Under the pieces are notes generated by a model. The model was not told where the DNA came from. It worked only from the letters and a program-made list of their open reading frames with translations, and made no database searches. The translations under genes and the position numbers were made by a program. Below are positions 26,860 through 40,870 of a stretch of DNA of 64,000 bases, in pieces (the stretch's first letter is position 1; each line of letters begins with the position of its first letter). The DNA is from Octopus sinensis (Eukaryota). The stretch spans positions 95,294,001-95,358,000 of the forward strand of contig NC_043000.1 of NCBI RefSeq assembly GCF_006345805.1, written 5' to 3'.

Positions 26860-27720
26860 GGCAGTGAGCTGGCAGAACCGTTAGCACGCCGGACAAAGTG
26901 CTTAGCAGCATTTCGTCTGTCTTTAAGACCTAATTTCAAATGTCCCCGAGGTCAACTTTACCATCCATCATTTAGGGTTTGATAAAATAAATACCAGTTT
27001 AGTACAGGGGTCGATGTAGTCATCTTACTTCCTCCCTCAAGATTGCTGGCCTTGTGCCAAAATTTGAAATTCTTTTATTGTGTGGGCGCCTCCAGACGAT
27101 GAAGTAGGCTAGCCCAATACGTAGATATAGAGGGAGAAGTCTAGACGTCAAGGTCAGACTAGTGAGCGAGTAAACTAGAGTCGAGAGTAGAAGAGTAGCG
27201 GTGAGAGTAGTAGAGTAGACTAGAACAGTTGAGTAGCAGAGTAGCGGTGAGAGTTGAGTGGAAGGTTTCGGAACGTACGACATAACATTTATATAAAGAT
27301 ATAAGGCAATGATGGGACAGAACCGTTAGCACGCCGGACAATGTACTTAGCGGCATTCCGTCCGACTTTGCGTTCTGAATTCCAATGCCACCAATGTCGA
27401 CGTTGCCTTTCATCCTTTGAGGGTCCATAAATTAAGTGCCAGTTTAGCATTTGGGTCTATCTAATCGTCTTAACCCCTTCCTCAAAATTGCTGATTTTGT
27501 GCCAAAATTTGAAACCATTATATACAAGGATATTGGTGAAAGTCATGAAATCCTAAGCCTAATAGATTTTTTTCACTCTGAGTTCAAATCCCGCTATCAA
27601 CTTTGCTCTTCCCCCCTTCGGAGTCGATAAGGTAACGTACCAGCCTAGTACTAAGGTTGATGGTAGTGACAATCCCATTCCACTCAAAGTCGATGACCTT
27701 ATGCCTAAATTTGAAACCTT
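26860..27720 (+). mobile_element. Head-to-tail array of three family A SINEs, interrupted by a solo LTR
   Basis: Copies start near 26860, 27305 and 27575; each ends in a ccaaaatttgaaa-like motif. Confidence 0.8.
27079..27287. mobile_element. Solo LTR, 209 bp, TG...CA
   Basis: Starts TGTG and ends TAACA; 5 bp TSD tttat at 27074-27078 and 27288-27292; internal repeat agagtagcggtgagagt x2. Confidence 0.7.
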
Positions 27721-28175
27721 TATTATACCAAATATTTAAAGTACATATATTTATTTTCCTAATCTAATAAGAAAGCTGATATTAGATTAAAAAATATTTT
27801 TTTTTTATTGCAAGATATTGCAATAAAATCACAACATCGTATGAAAAAATCGATATAATCGATTCAGAAATATTAAATAACATTTCTAAACTTGTGAATA
27901 ACTACTCTGTGACAGAACATTAAAAAACTGAATTATACAAATTGCGAACGATAGTTACAAAATGGTTTGATTCCTGAAGCTGTGATTTGATTTAATTTGT
28001 GCAAATAAAATTCAAAATTAGTTTATTTTTCGAAATTGAAATTTCATACGTATATGTATCACCTAATAACTCTATCAGTACTGCACGCATTATTTATTTT
28101 TATACATATTTATTTACTTTAGTAAGGTTAATTTTTTTTAATAAAAAAAAATAATAATAATGATAATGATAATAA

Positions 28176-28216
<41 letters not shown>

Positions 28217-28389
28217 GAGTGCGTGTGTGGATGAACAATTATGCAAATGTAAATATAATTATGCATATATACATACAAAATGTTTTCTTTTTCATCCTCT
28301 TGTTTGTATGTATGTTTAGATTTTTCTCACATATACGCACGCACAAACACACACACACATACACACATACGCACACACACACACACACA

Positions 28390-28503
<114 letters not shown>

Positions 28504-30239
28504 ATGTATGTACATATATGTGCTTTTATTTATATATATATATATATATATATTCACACAACCAGATTTACGCGTGCGCGCTCATTTTATCCGTTACAAA
28601 ATTTCGTCTATGTTCAATACAACCCAGTAAAATTTAAATGTAACTATATGTTTGTCTTTTTTTCTTTTACTTTGCAAGTGATCAGACATATGATTGAGAG
28701 GATAAAATAAAATTCTAAATAACGAGAAATAAACTTATGAAAATATAACATTGCTTTTCTTTGACATATTTCTTTATTTCTTTATATTGAATCTTTCATG
28801 ATTTGAAAAGTTGAAGAATAAAGAAAATAGTCTTAGTGGGAGTTTTATAACTTAATTCTTCTCATATAGCTTCGCAGAATATAACACATTTATTAAGATT
28901 GGGACTATTTTATGGAAAAACTGTACTATTTCAATACTAACTTCCATATTCCACCTTGTTTGTTCTCTTGGTTTGAAAGTATTTTTTCCATTCATATTCT
29001 TCTCTCTTGTTCTCTAGTTTTCAAGTTTTTCTTTCATTGCAGCTCCATGCAATTTCCGTATATCATATCCGATTCTCTTCTGTTTCGTTTCACAGGTTTT
29101 CTTCTCTCTATTCATTATTGATGATATATTGTTATTTCAGTATGTCTATTTTCTGTTCTGCTACACGTACTTAACGGTATATGACTGAAATATTTCTGGG
29201 TTTTTTGTCCATTGCAGATTCGAACTTCTTCTCCTCTTCCAATATGCCATAATGTTTTCTTCGTTTTTTACCTTCTAGTGCTGATGCACAATTTTAATTA
29301 CTTTTTTGTTTTGTATTGTTTTAATACAATACCGAAAATAACTACTTTTCAGAAGCAGCATTAGTCGTATCATGCAGTAAGGATTCAAGCACATATCGAA
29401 AAAATAAGCTAATTTAATTTATCATATGACAAACACACATATTTGGATTTGAGCGATAAATAATATTCAGAAAACATGATATTGATCCCTATGTGTAAAC
29501 ATGTGGCGTATTAAATACAATTCAATAGGTCAGGTGACTATTTAATGGATGGAAAATGTCCTTCTAGCTATTGGTAATTGTTTTAGAAGAGAAAAGAGAA
29601 AATATTATATTGTATGCCAGTTTCTGAGTTAGACGTGGAGCAAATTAAGCTCACATTATTCCATCTGTGAATATACACGAGTTCTGATTTAGTCGGCCAT
29701 TGATTGTCTTTAAAATTTTAATAAAATGAATTCCTCTACTCGGTTATATTGTTCCTTTCCAAAAATTAACGTCTTTCTTTTTCTTGAGAATCTATTCTTA
29801 ATGTTAATTTTCATTAGTTCATTTAACACTTGATCCTGAAGTTATATATTTGATCGAGTCAAGACTAGTTTGTCTTTTGTTTTGTTTTGTTTCTGCTATT
29901 TATATAGGTGTCAAAATAAAGCCTTAAACAATTAGGCTAAATCGATAAAATATATATTTTTGGAAGTTATCAAAAATTGCATTATAAAATTGTTTTTTGT
30001 AAAATATAAAGTTTAGTTCAATAAATACAATAGTCTAAAACAAAAGCCAAGGTGATAGCAAAGTAATTTAAAGCAAAAGCACTTAGCTCTAAATGTACGC
30101 GCTATGTATATATAGGTTATATAAATAAACGAAGTTGTGCTGTGTATATGCATGTATGTGTACGTTTTTACGTTTGTGTCTACATATATAACATATATAT
30201 ATATATAATCCAAACAATAAGATAAAGAAATACTTTAAA

Positions 30240-30723
30240 ACATCTTTAATGATCATTTATAATTTTTCTGTGCCAACTCGGCTTGCAACGCCGGTTTACG
30301 CAATATTCGAAATGAAAATTTACGTAATATTTACTATTTTAAACATTAGAGGGGCCCTTCATCAGATTTGCATCAAAGGTACGCTCTTACATAGTGCATC
30401 ATCCAGACATTTATTTATTTATTTTTGCATATGTCGTATTGTTCTTCCTTTTTATCCTTCCCACATGGTCTCTACATTAATTTTTCATTCCCTAACCATA
30501 CTTTTATTCACTTTTTGTTTCCTCTCCATATAAGCAAAACAAAAAGAAGCAATGTCTGGAAGACGCACAATGTAAGAGCGCACTTTTGATGCAGACCTGA
30601 TGAAGTACCACGCTAATGTCTAAAACCGCAAATATTACGTAAATTTTCACTTCGAATATTCCATAAACTGACATTGCAAGCAGAGTTGATACAGAAAAAA
30701 TTGTAACTGATCATTAAAGATGT
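30240..30723. mobile_element. Fold-back element with about 170 bp diverged arms and a degenerate hammerhead core
   Basis: 30240-30411 is the reverse complement of 30551-30723; CTGATGA at about 30597 and tcatcag at about 30359. Confidence 0.8.
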
Positions 30724-30949
30724 GTCAAAGAATTCCTTAACTTTCGCTACATCTACACAACGGTCTTACCATCGCGAAACCAGAAAATTCAGTATTAGTC
30801 TAGACTCCGATAGTGTTGATAGCCCGGAATTCAGGCTGTGTGTTTCTCTAGAAATACCCTACCTTTATACCTTACCAGGACCTAAGATATTTATATATAT
30901 GTGTGTGTGTGAGTGTGTGTGTATGTGTGTGTGGGGGGGCACAGACGTT

Positions 30950-31097
30950 GTTGCGTGGTAAGTATCTTGCTTCTCAATCACATGATCCCGGGTTCAGTTC
31001 CACTGCGTGGTACCTTGGGCAAGTGTCTTCTACTATAGCCTCGGACCGACCAAAGCCTTATGAGTGGGTTTGCTAGACGGTAACTGAAAGAAGCCCG

Positions 31098-31139
<42 letters not shown>

Positions 31140-31305
31140 GCATTGCATATGTGTGTGTATCTGTGTCTCTTGTCCCCCAACCATCACTTGACAACCGATG
31201 TTGGTGTGTTTACGTCCCCGTAACTAAGCAGTTCGGCAAAAGAAGTCGATAAAATAAGTACTATGCTTACAAAGAATAAGTTCTGGGATAGATTTCTTCA
31301 ACTGA
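30950..31305 (+). mobile_element. Family B SINE
   Basis: gtggtaagtatcttgc...gggttcagttccactgcgtggtaccttgggcaag. Confidence 0.85.
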
Positions 31306-31311
31306 AAGAAA

Positions 31312-31372
<61 letters not shown>

Positions 31373-31470
31373 CAAGAAGCAAATTAGAAATTACGTTTCT
31401 TTCGGTTGAAAAAGACGAATACATATAGGACTCTAGGAGAGAAGTGCTCAAATGATATTGAGCCAGGGAC

Positions 31471-32148
31471 ATATATCAATAATATAATTTAAGAATAAAC
31501 TTTGAATTCAGGTTAACGCTTCTACACTTCATCTACTATATATTTGTGAAAAGGGCGGACGTTGTCTCACTAGCAGTTGTGCAGGCAAAAGTGTTAGTAA
31601 ATGTAGTCGGGTTGACCAGAAAATTTGCACACCTATGTTAAAAGTACTGGGGAGTTTGCATGGCAACTTTGAGTTTGCTCAATTGAAAGGCGTAGCCTCC
31701 AGGGCAAAATCCCTAATCTTTATAATGTGGCCCGAGTAGACCCGAATGAAATCGGATTATAATACTAGTTACATATAAATGATACCATGGCTTTCAAATG
31801 TCAAAATGTCCGATTGAATTCGCACTTATCATGGACTACGACTATACTGACTTTTACATTTTATATATAATTTTCATAGTTGAGTATAATTTTATTTAAT
31901 ATATTTTTCTCTTTAAATTTTTAGTCGATTAACTTATTGTAATAATAATTTTTAGTCGATTTCATATACGTTTTCTGGACAAGTCCTGTATATTTTATAT
32001 TTTTTATATATGATCTCTACCAGGTGTTTTGTTTTTTGACATTTGAAAGCCATGGTGTCATTTATATGTAATGAAGTGTAGGAACGTGAATATAAAAAGT
32101 TCACTGACCTGAATTCAATGTTTGTTCTTAAATTATATTATTGATATG
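31471..32148. mobile_element. Fold-back element with left arm split by a Helitron
   Basis: 31471-31531 + 31769-31806 is the reverse complement of 32033-32148. Confidence 0.8.
31532..31768 (+). mobile_element. 237 bp non-autonomous Helitron
   Basis: A|TCTACTATA...ccga-atgaaa-tcgg hairpin...CTAG|T; no TSD; the empty site cacttca|ttacatata is preserved in the opposite arm. Confidence 0.85.
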
Positions 32149-32350
32149 TATATATATATATATGTGGGGTGGGAGTGATTGTGTGTGTATCTATATAAAA
32201 TATATATGATTTATAAATGTATATGCAATGTATAATGATACACATACATACACAGATATGTATGTGTATCTTGTGTACTGTACTTCATGCCAAAATTAGT
32301 TCAAATGTCGATTAACTGACATACCACATTTGTTGTTTAAAAACGGATAT

Positions 32351-32424
<74 letters not shown>

Positions 32425-33042
32425 TATATTTACGTATGTATGTGGGTATGTATGTGTATGTATATATATATGATGTATGCTCTATAAAATTATAAAATGC
32501 ACAGGTGTTTGACAATAAAGTATTCAGAGTTCATTACAGTGATAAGTGACAGCTTTTCATATCCAACCACGTCTATCTGCAAAGAAACGCCAGATAAGTG
32601 AAAGAACCATCTATTGAACGCAGGACTGGCAAATTTCAACGCTATACTTATACTATATACGTAATTCTTTTTCCATTGTTCAAGTCATTGGGTTTTAAAG
32701 ATGTTTATTTTATTCAGTATTGAAACCAGAAGCGTTTGTTACAATAATACTACTTGTTCGGATGCTAATTAAAATGAACGCCAATAGATTTTATTCTATC
32801 GATCTTTTGTGGTATCTCAGATTATTATCACTAAGTTCGATGGATCGTTCGTTTTGTAACATTATTGATTTATGTGACAACTATTAAGCTTTCCTGAACT
32901 CAGCCATTATTTTTTTCTTGATGTATATTGTAACACATACGCACACACACACACACACAGAGAAACACACAAACACACACATACAGTGAAACACACAAAC
33001 ACACACACACACATATATATATGCATGTATGTATATAAATAA

Positions 33043-33113
<71 letters not shown>

Positions 33114-33144
33114 TACATAATAACTATAATAATATATCATAATA

Positions 33145-33469
33145 ATAATATATATATTTTCTCCGATTTAAAGCGACATTTATACATAAACAAATTAACT
33201 GAAAAATTATGAACTAAGCCTAGCCAGATTCGAACCCACATATCAACGCTTACATAGCAACATGCGCATCCAATTGGGCCAAACGCTCTCTGGCTGGGCT
33301 TAGCTCATCATTTTCCAGTCAATTTGTTTATATATAAATGTCGCTTTAAATTGGAGAATATATATATTATAGTTATTGTTGAACTAATAGACTTCGATAC
33401 TCGCTTTTTCTCCGTAACTTACCAAGCCTTCTGGTTTGCTTATAAATATTATATGCAGTATTATATGTA

Positions 33470-33470
<1 letters not shown>
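33145..33470 (-). mobile_element. Fold-back element with a tRNA-like head as spacer
   Basis: Arms about 33145-33228 and 33289-33370; spacer on the minus strand reads gagcgtttggcccaattgg...gggttcgaa (A and B boxes). Confidence 0.8.
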
Positions 33471-33507
<37 letters not shown>

Positions 33508-33546
33508 TATATACGTAAATACGTAAAATTTGGCTGAAATTGATGG

Positions 33547-33646
33547 GTGAGCGTTGGCCCACTCGGTTGCTTATGCAGCCGTGTAAGCGTTGATATGGGG
33601 TTCGATCCTGGCTACGCTTAGTTCATCGTCTTCCAGTGAATTTGTT
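33547..33646 (+). mobile_element. Second copy of the same tRNA-derived head plus arm sequence
   Basis: gagcgttggcccactcgg...tgtaagcgttgatatgggggttcgatcctggctacgcttagttcatc. Confidence 0.75.
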
Positions 33647-34349
33647 TGCCAAAATTTGAACTCAATATTAAACATGACCAAAAGGTGGTGATCTTTCAGA
33701 ATCGTAAGCACGCCTGGCAAAATGCTCTTTTCGTTCGGAGTTCAAATATCGCTGGTGTCGACTTTGCCTCTCATCCTTTTGGGGATGTTCCTTTACATAC
33801 TACAGAAAAGCACACGAGATGCGACATAAAGCTGCAAACCGTGTGAGTGAAGTACACACTTTGCCTATTTTCACATTTATCAGTCTTACAGACTATGGTG
33901 GAAGGGATCGTCTGTTGAGCTGCTAAAAATGTAGTTTTACAAAAGTGAATTATAAACACCTTGCAGTATATATTTAACCAAGAACTGAGCTTCTACGTAG
34001 TCTCCCGACCTGCCGTAAGATTCAACCAAATCGCCCTCAAATTAGACCCTACCCTCTTAAAAAAAAAAGAGAATAAAGCATTATATAGTGTTTTCCGAGA
34101 AACACGGGGTGTTCGGGCTACATTCGATGATTTTTATGTCTCTTTTGTCACGAACAGTTTGATGTATTGGTGAATAGTCAACGACGAGAGCATAAAGATT
34201 AAAGTTGAAGTTGGGAAAACGTTAGCCGACATTGATGACTGGAAGTATCTACATATTGGGAAGCAGTTACTTGTAGTATGATGTTTCGCGCCGACAAAAT
34301 ACTGACATTGTGATAATGATCAGTAAATGCTGCAAAACATGACATGAAC

Positions 34350-34922
34350 ATCATGAAAACCAAGTTTCCTAAACTGTGATGGTCTTTGGGTGTATCTCCA
34401 AGGAGTGTGACATCATGCCGCTCCTAAGGCTCAATTCAGGCGGCTATAAGAAGCTGTTGTGGTCAAACCATTGCTGAAAACGGTTGCTGCTGGACGGCTA
34501 TACGTGTGGCAGCAGGATTCGATTCCTTGCCCTACCTCAGGAAAAAGTCAACGGTCGTTGTCGGAGAATTTCTACGACTTCACCAACCCTAATTTTGGGT
34601 CTCCTAATCCCCCTGATTATAATCCTGTAGATTACTTTGTGTTGGGCTCGATTGAAAAAGATACTAACCACTATGCCTGCAACACCAAGGGAGGGCTGGT
34701 GGCCAAGTTCAAGGAGGTGTTCGAAGCTCTTCTCTGGGACACAGTGAGGGATCTGTCTTGAAGCCATGGTGGAAGCTGATGGAGGTTACTTTAAATAAGC
34801 TGTCTTCCCCAGCCATAATCTAGCTCATACTTTTAGATTTTTAAAACACATATTTTAATGGAATGTTGTATTATCTTTTTTCTTTCATTCAAACTATCAA
34901 ATTTATCCCGAACACATAGTAT
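34350..34922 (+). pseudogene. Tc1/mariner DD37D (maT)-like transposase 3' fragment
   Basis: VMVFGCIS, AAGRLYVWQQDS, FGSPNPPDYNPVDYFVLG (SPDLNPLD-type) and EAMVEADGGYF. Confidence 0.8.
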
Positions 34923-37157
34923 TAAGTCTAAAAGGAAATGAGGGATAGTTATGATTGGAACCACCTTGATTTGAGATCTGCCCGAGCAGGGCTAATCTGA
35001 AATTAAACAACAAGGTGTTTTGAGCTAAGTAGACAAGGTTTAAGGTCTGAGTTGTTGACAGATATGGATAAATCGCAAAAACTATGCAATACTAGTGACA
35101 GAATAGAAATCAACAACTTTTGACTGATCTTTATCTTATTGAGTCAGCCTTTTGCTCTTTCATACCGGGGTTTGTGATGGCTGTTTCATCTTCGTGCTGG
35201 TCTTTCATTTTAAGTGTCGTTACAGCTGTTTATCACCGAAGAAGATATTACTTTATATTGATTTCACTATTGGCCTTGTTAATGGTTGCTATGATAACGA
35301 GTAATAACAGCGTTACGTAAGTCTTAACCAGGATGTATTGTCGGAAAACACATCTTTATTTTGCTTTACTGTGGGTACTCGTTTCTTTCCGCTCTGCTAA
35401 TACTGAAATGTTAAAGCTCAACACGAAAGTTAATAAATGTATTTATATGTACATACATATATGAGTGCAGTTTAACATGTGTATATAAATGTAGTTTATG
35501 CACGCACTTGTATAAATGCAGTTTAATTTATAACCCATTACACACGTATATTTAGTGATGATGTTTAGCACTTCAAGTTGAAGATATTGATATCTTCGCT
35601 CCTTAATCAAAACGAAATTCAATACCATTCTGCTTTATTCTATTCTTCAAAACATAATATCCTAATTTATCTGCTTTCTTTTGACATTAATTTATTCATT
35701 TACTTTACTTATTTATTTTCTTTGTTCAGATTCAAACTTTTTTTGTGGGAGTGTATTTTTAAAGTTTTGAACTAAAGAATAGAATTCTACATAAGCAGTT
35801 ACGATCTATATATTCCCTGTGGAACAAGTCAAAACAAGACAATTTCAAATGAAATACAAAAATGTAAAAATGGAAGACAACAAAATTCTAAACATTATTC
35901 AACAAATGCAAGTCGAAAGAATGTTAAACAAGGTCGGTAGGAAGAACGAATGAAAGAAAAGATTAAAATTGTTGATTTCAGCATACAAATTCTACAACAA
36001 AATTCCTTTTCAGTTAAGTTATTAACGTTAGATATCAAAAAGTTGCATAAATAAAGGAAAACTATAAGCAGAGCTGAAATGAAATCGTATTTAAAACTGT
36101 AAGATTTTTTTTTGTTTTTGTCTTTTTTATAGTTGTTTGTTCCCCATGTCACTCCGTTCAGCAGAATTTTTCTTTGTTGTGTCTTTCTAGTATGAAAACT
36201 TGTTCTTTGCAAATAAGGTATCAGTCCATGCTTAAATTACTAAAAAGAAAAAATAATCACTATCTTAGCATATTTCTTTGAAATACTATTTTAGAAAATA
36301 TGGTTAGTTGTTTCGGAGAATACCTATCTACTAAAGGAAAATTAAGGGTTAAGATGCAAGCTTAAAGAGAGAGCACGCTCCGATTGCCGTTGTTCTTAAA
36401 CTCCAGGTCATCCTGGTCGAGCACACGTGTGATCAAGAAAATTCCAACCGTAACCACCACCATAAAATTTTCTTTTCTGAGATACTGTTTCCCCAAACTA
36501 AATTATCCAATGTATTCTGTTTTCCATTCGATAGGATGTAATTTGTAGGAATTTGGCTGTTGCTTTTAGCATGTCGAAAGACCACATAAACGTCTGATAA
36601 TTGAATTATTGTTGATGCTGTTCCTACTGCTGGTGCTGGTGCTGTGGTTGTTGTTATTTAGTCCCAAGTCAATAGTGCACATCTGTGTCATTTTGGAAGT
36701 CTGCCAAATGACTAAATCTGAAACGCAGATCTCTTGTTCTGGATAAAGTATTGGCTGAAAATTTCATAAGCTGACCAAGATACTTTCAAAAGGAATGTGA
36801 CCAAATGACGTTTATTTTACAACAATCCCCTTTGCAGTTCACATAAAGGGCCAGACACAATACTACAGCATTCAAAAGTGTCGTACGGGTATTGTGTGAT
36901 AGTCGGAGAATGTACTTTTTATACCATTGTTCAGGCTGCTATTTGTAAACCAGTTGTTCTCATCTAGTCACAGGCCAGCCTTTACATATCAGCTCTTTGA
37001 TGTTCTTGAGACAACGATTAAGTCATATACCAAAAGAGTGGTGTTAAATATTCTTAGCAATTAATATACTTATATTTTCAAATATTTTTTGCGTGTATGC
37101 GATCTTTTGAATGTCATATAATTATGATATATACATGGTAATGATGTGATCAATTAG

Positions 37158-37221
<64 letters not shown>

Positions 37222-37230
<9 letters not shown>

Positions 37231-37973
37231 CAGTTTGTCTTTCAGGTTGTACCCTCACCCTGACCACGGCTTTCAACCGATTCTGATGAAACTTGACACA
37301 CACATAGCCCAATGTCATAATTCGAAACTAACGCAGCGAAAATTTTGAAAAGTTCACCCAATTCTGAAAAAAATCGATAAATTTTACATGGGATCCAGAA
37401 TCTAAGCTTATCATATGCAACACATTTTCCGTTGTAGTTTTCACAACTTGCAATCGAATTTCACTAAACTCATGGTGAAGCTTAATGTTACCCTAAGGAA
37501 CTTAATTCTGACGTTAGTTTTCCATGCAATACCATACCATCAGAAAAAATTGATAAAATCATGCCATTTTGGGAAATCGCGTTCAAATTCAAGATGACAT
37601 ATTTTCGACAATATCTTTAACAAATTGGCAGGAATTTTTTTTGAAATTCACAGCGAGCACCATGTCTGCTCCAAGGAGCTATACAACCCTTTTTATTCCA
37701 ATAGGATACGTTATTACTGGAAAAAATCGGTTAATTACATCATATGTGGCACACATAGCAAACCGATTTTTCTGTCATATTTTTTGGAAGTTCACACATT
37801 TTCCCTACTTCTTCAAGCATGCAAGGGAACGGTGCCTTGAATGCCTTAATGCCTTTTAGGCTTCATTTTACAAAATAACGGTTCAATGAGTACAAACAGG
37901 GTAAAAAGGTAAAGAGCATTGCTTATCGACAAAGTTTCTTACATACCCGGGCAACGCCGGGCTATGCTGCTAG
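37222..37973 (+). mobile_element. Non-autonomous Helitron
   Basis: 3' hairpin cccgg-gcaacg-ccggg (37946-37961) then CTAG|T at 37970-37973; 5' end buried in (TA)n; 3' end resembles that at 15947. Confidence 0.85.
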
Positions 37974-38014
<41 letters not shown>

Positions 38015-38024
38015 ATGTATATAC

Positions 38025-38101
<77 letters not shown>

Positions 38102-38939
38102 CAAACACATACATATCTACGTATGTGTAGTATGTGCGTGTATATGTGTGTGTTTAATTGCATAGATTCCAAGTGTAAGTTTGTGTGTTCATGTATGTGC
38201 AAACAAGGCGAGGACAAAAAATGAAGAAATGTAGAGAATGAAAGAAAAAAAATGAGGAGAATGAAAGAAAGAAAGCGAGGGAGAAAAGAAAAAGAGAATG
38301 AGAGAGAGGTGCTTCGTATTCAATTGCTTTCAGTCTAAAGAGAAATTGTTTCGAAGTGATTGAGTGTTTTGATCTGTTCTTAAACGGAGAGAGTAAAATA
38401 ATACTATATTGGAAAATATACTGTGTGAAATACAATTGCTCAAAAAATCGGAAATTTCTTGAAGCATTATACGATCGATTTATGGCGAACATTAATCATG
38501 GTGGTATATAATTTAAATGCGCTAGCCTCTATGTTATCCTGTATGTATATTATCGTGTTACAAAAACAGGCAGTGTTTTGCTATTCACGCTTCTGTATAG
38601 CTATTATAATAGGCTACGTTATTACACAAATAATACAGTTTTTTTCTTGAACAATAACATATATAATAATATATAATAATTGAATTCTCTACAATAAGTT
38701 ATTAAATGGTAGAATTTATGACAAATAATGTGCAGATTTAAAATGAGTGAATGAATGAATAAATAAATACAAATAACATAAACGCCTCCTAAATGAAAAT
38801 GTGCCAGATTCATCGATAAATTATACCTGTAGTTTTTATAACATGATTCCTGTAGTAATTGTTGTGGCATATTAAATGGTACGGTATGAATACCATGATA
38901 TATTCTGCGTTTTAATCCTTCTTTCTGCTTTTTGAACAC

Positions 38940-39510
38940 TTGTGAAATTTGGTGGTAGGGGGCTAGTTGATTATATTGACCCCTGTGTTTCACTGGTACT
39001 TATTCTTATTTCTTTAGAGAGGACAAACAAGGACAGACACACGGATTAAGTCGATTATATCGACCCCAGTGCGTAACTGGTACTTATTTAATCGACCCCG
39101 AAAGGATGAAAGGCAAAGTCGACCTCGGCGGAGTTTGAACTCAGAACGTAACAGCAGACGAAATACCTATTTCTTTACTACCCACAAGGGGCTACACACA
39201 GAGGGGACAAACAAGGACAGATAAACGGATTAAGTCGATTATATCGATCCCAGTGCGTAACTGGTACTTATTTAATCGACCCCGAAAGGATGAAAGGCAA
39301 AGTCGACCTCGGCGGAGTTTGAACTCAGAACGTAACGGCAGACGAAATACCGCTAAGCATTTCGCCCCGCGTACTAACGATTCTACCAGCTCGCCGCCTT
39401 CCATAACTGGTACTTAATTTATCGACCCCAGGGCTCAACTGATACTTATGTTATTGATCCAAGTGCTTAATTGGTGTTTGTGTTCTAACGATTCTGCCAG
39501 CTCGCTGCCA
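38940..39510 (-). mobile_element. Family A SINE cluster including a near-identical tandem pair
   Basis: The truncated copy at about 39005-39166 repeats part of the full copy at 39167-39400. Confidence 0.88.
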
Positions 39511-39703
39511 TCATGTCATTTTCAATAACAGCCAATATAAATGTTTGTTAGATAAATGTTTGTTAATTAGAATCATAGAGACAAGGGAGAAGGAGTTAAG
39601 AGGTTTAATAATAGAGTAATAAATATTTTTCTTTTCAAAATTAGTATCCATTTCATCATTTTCCATAGGCACCAAGAAATTTGATGCATGTTAAACTATA
39701 ACT

Positions 39704-39749
<46 letters not shown>

Positions 39750-40041
39750 ATATTATATATATATACCATATCTTCTTATATTGCTCATAGTGGCTAAGGT
39801 ATACTTCCAAAGTTACCTGTCATATGATGAGTGATGCTCTAGTATCATTATAATATTTATGTATTTTAAGAGCTGCAAGTAATAATGTTTGCGAAAGGTT
39901 TTTGATTAGCGAAGCTTGCATAAAAATATACTGCACATGTGTATGTGCGTATGTGTATCATAGGATATGCACAAATAGACTGATTATATGCAAATATATG
40001 TAATTGAGACATACATGTATACACAAATCACACACACACAA

Positions 40042-40084
<43 letters not shown>

Positions 40085-40087
<3 letters not shown>

Positions 40088-40236
40088 CGGGCTTCTTTTA
40101 GTTTCCGTCAAATAAATTTACTTACAAAACTTTGATCCACCCGAGACTATAGATGAAAATATTTCCCGAAGGTGCCACGCAATGGGATTAAACCCGTACC
40201 CATGTGGTTGGGAAGCAAACTTCTTACCACACAGCC
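40085..40236 (-). mobile_element. Family B SINE 5' half
   Basis: Minus strand ggctgtgtggtaagaagtttgcttcccaaccacatgg. Confidence 0.8.
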
Positions 40237-40485
40237 AACAGTGTGTAATACTATGTGACAAGGCTTGATTTTTTAGTTTTGAGTTACAATTACAATAATC
40301 CTTCCGAGAAGCTTTCATGCAGATTCCGTCCTCCCCGATTCCACTCCCAAGGCTTGAGACGAGCCAGTGCTATTGTAAAGATACTTACCCTACATGTCAT
40401 GTAGTGGGATTGAACCTACGACTTAATTGCGAAGTGAGCGCCTTAACCATTCGATTATATATTTCTAATGTGTGTAGAACCACAT

Positions 40486-40870
40486 CAGTGGAGGCGCAAT
40501 GGCCCAGTGGTAAGTGCAGGGGACTCGCGGTCTCAGGATCGCGGTTTCGATTCCCAGACCGAGCGTTGCGAGAGTTTATTGGGCGAAAACACCTAAAGCT
40601 CCACGAGGCTCCGGCAGGGGGTGGTGGTGAACCCTGCTGTACTCTTTCACCGCAACTGTCTCTCACTGTTTCTTTCTGTTTCTGTTGTACTTGTATTTCA
40701 AAGGGCCAGCCTTGTCACACTCTGTGCTACGCTGAATCTCCCCGAGAACTACGTTAAGGGTACACGTGTCTGTGGAGTGCTCAGCCACTTGCGCGTTAAT
40801 TCCACGAGTAGGTTGTTCCGTTGATCGAATCAACTGGAACACTCGTCGTCGCAACCGACGGAGTGCCATA
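40486..40870 (+). mobile_element. Full-length tRNA-derived SINE family E with 10 bp TSD
   Basis: TSD agaaccacat at 40476-40485 and 40871-40880; A box tggcccagtgg, B box gtttcgattcc. Confidence 0.88.
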
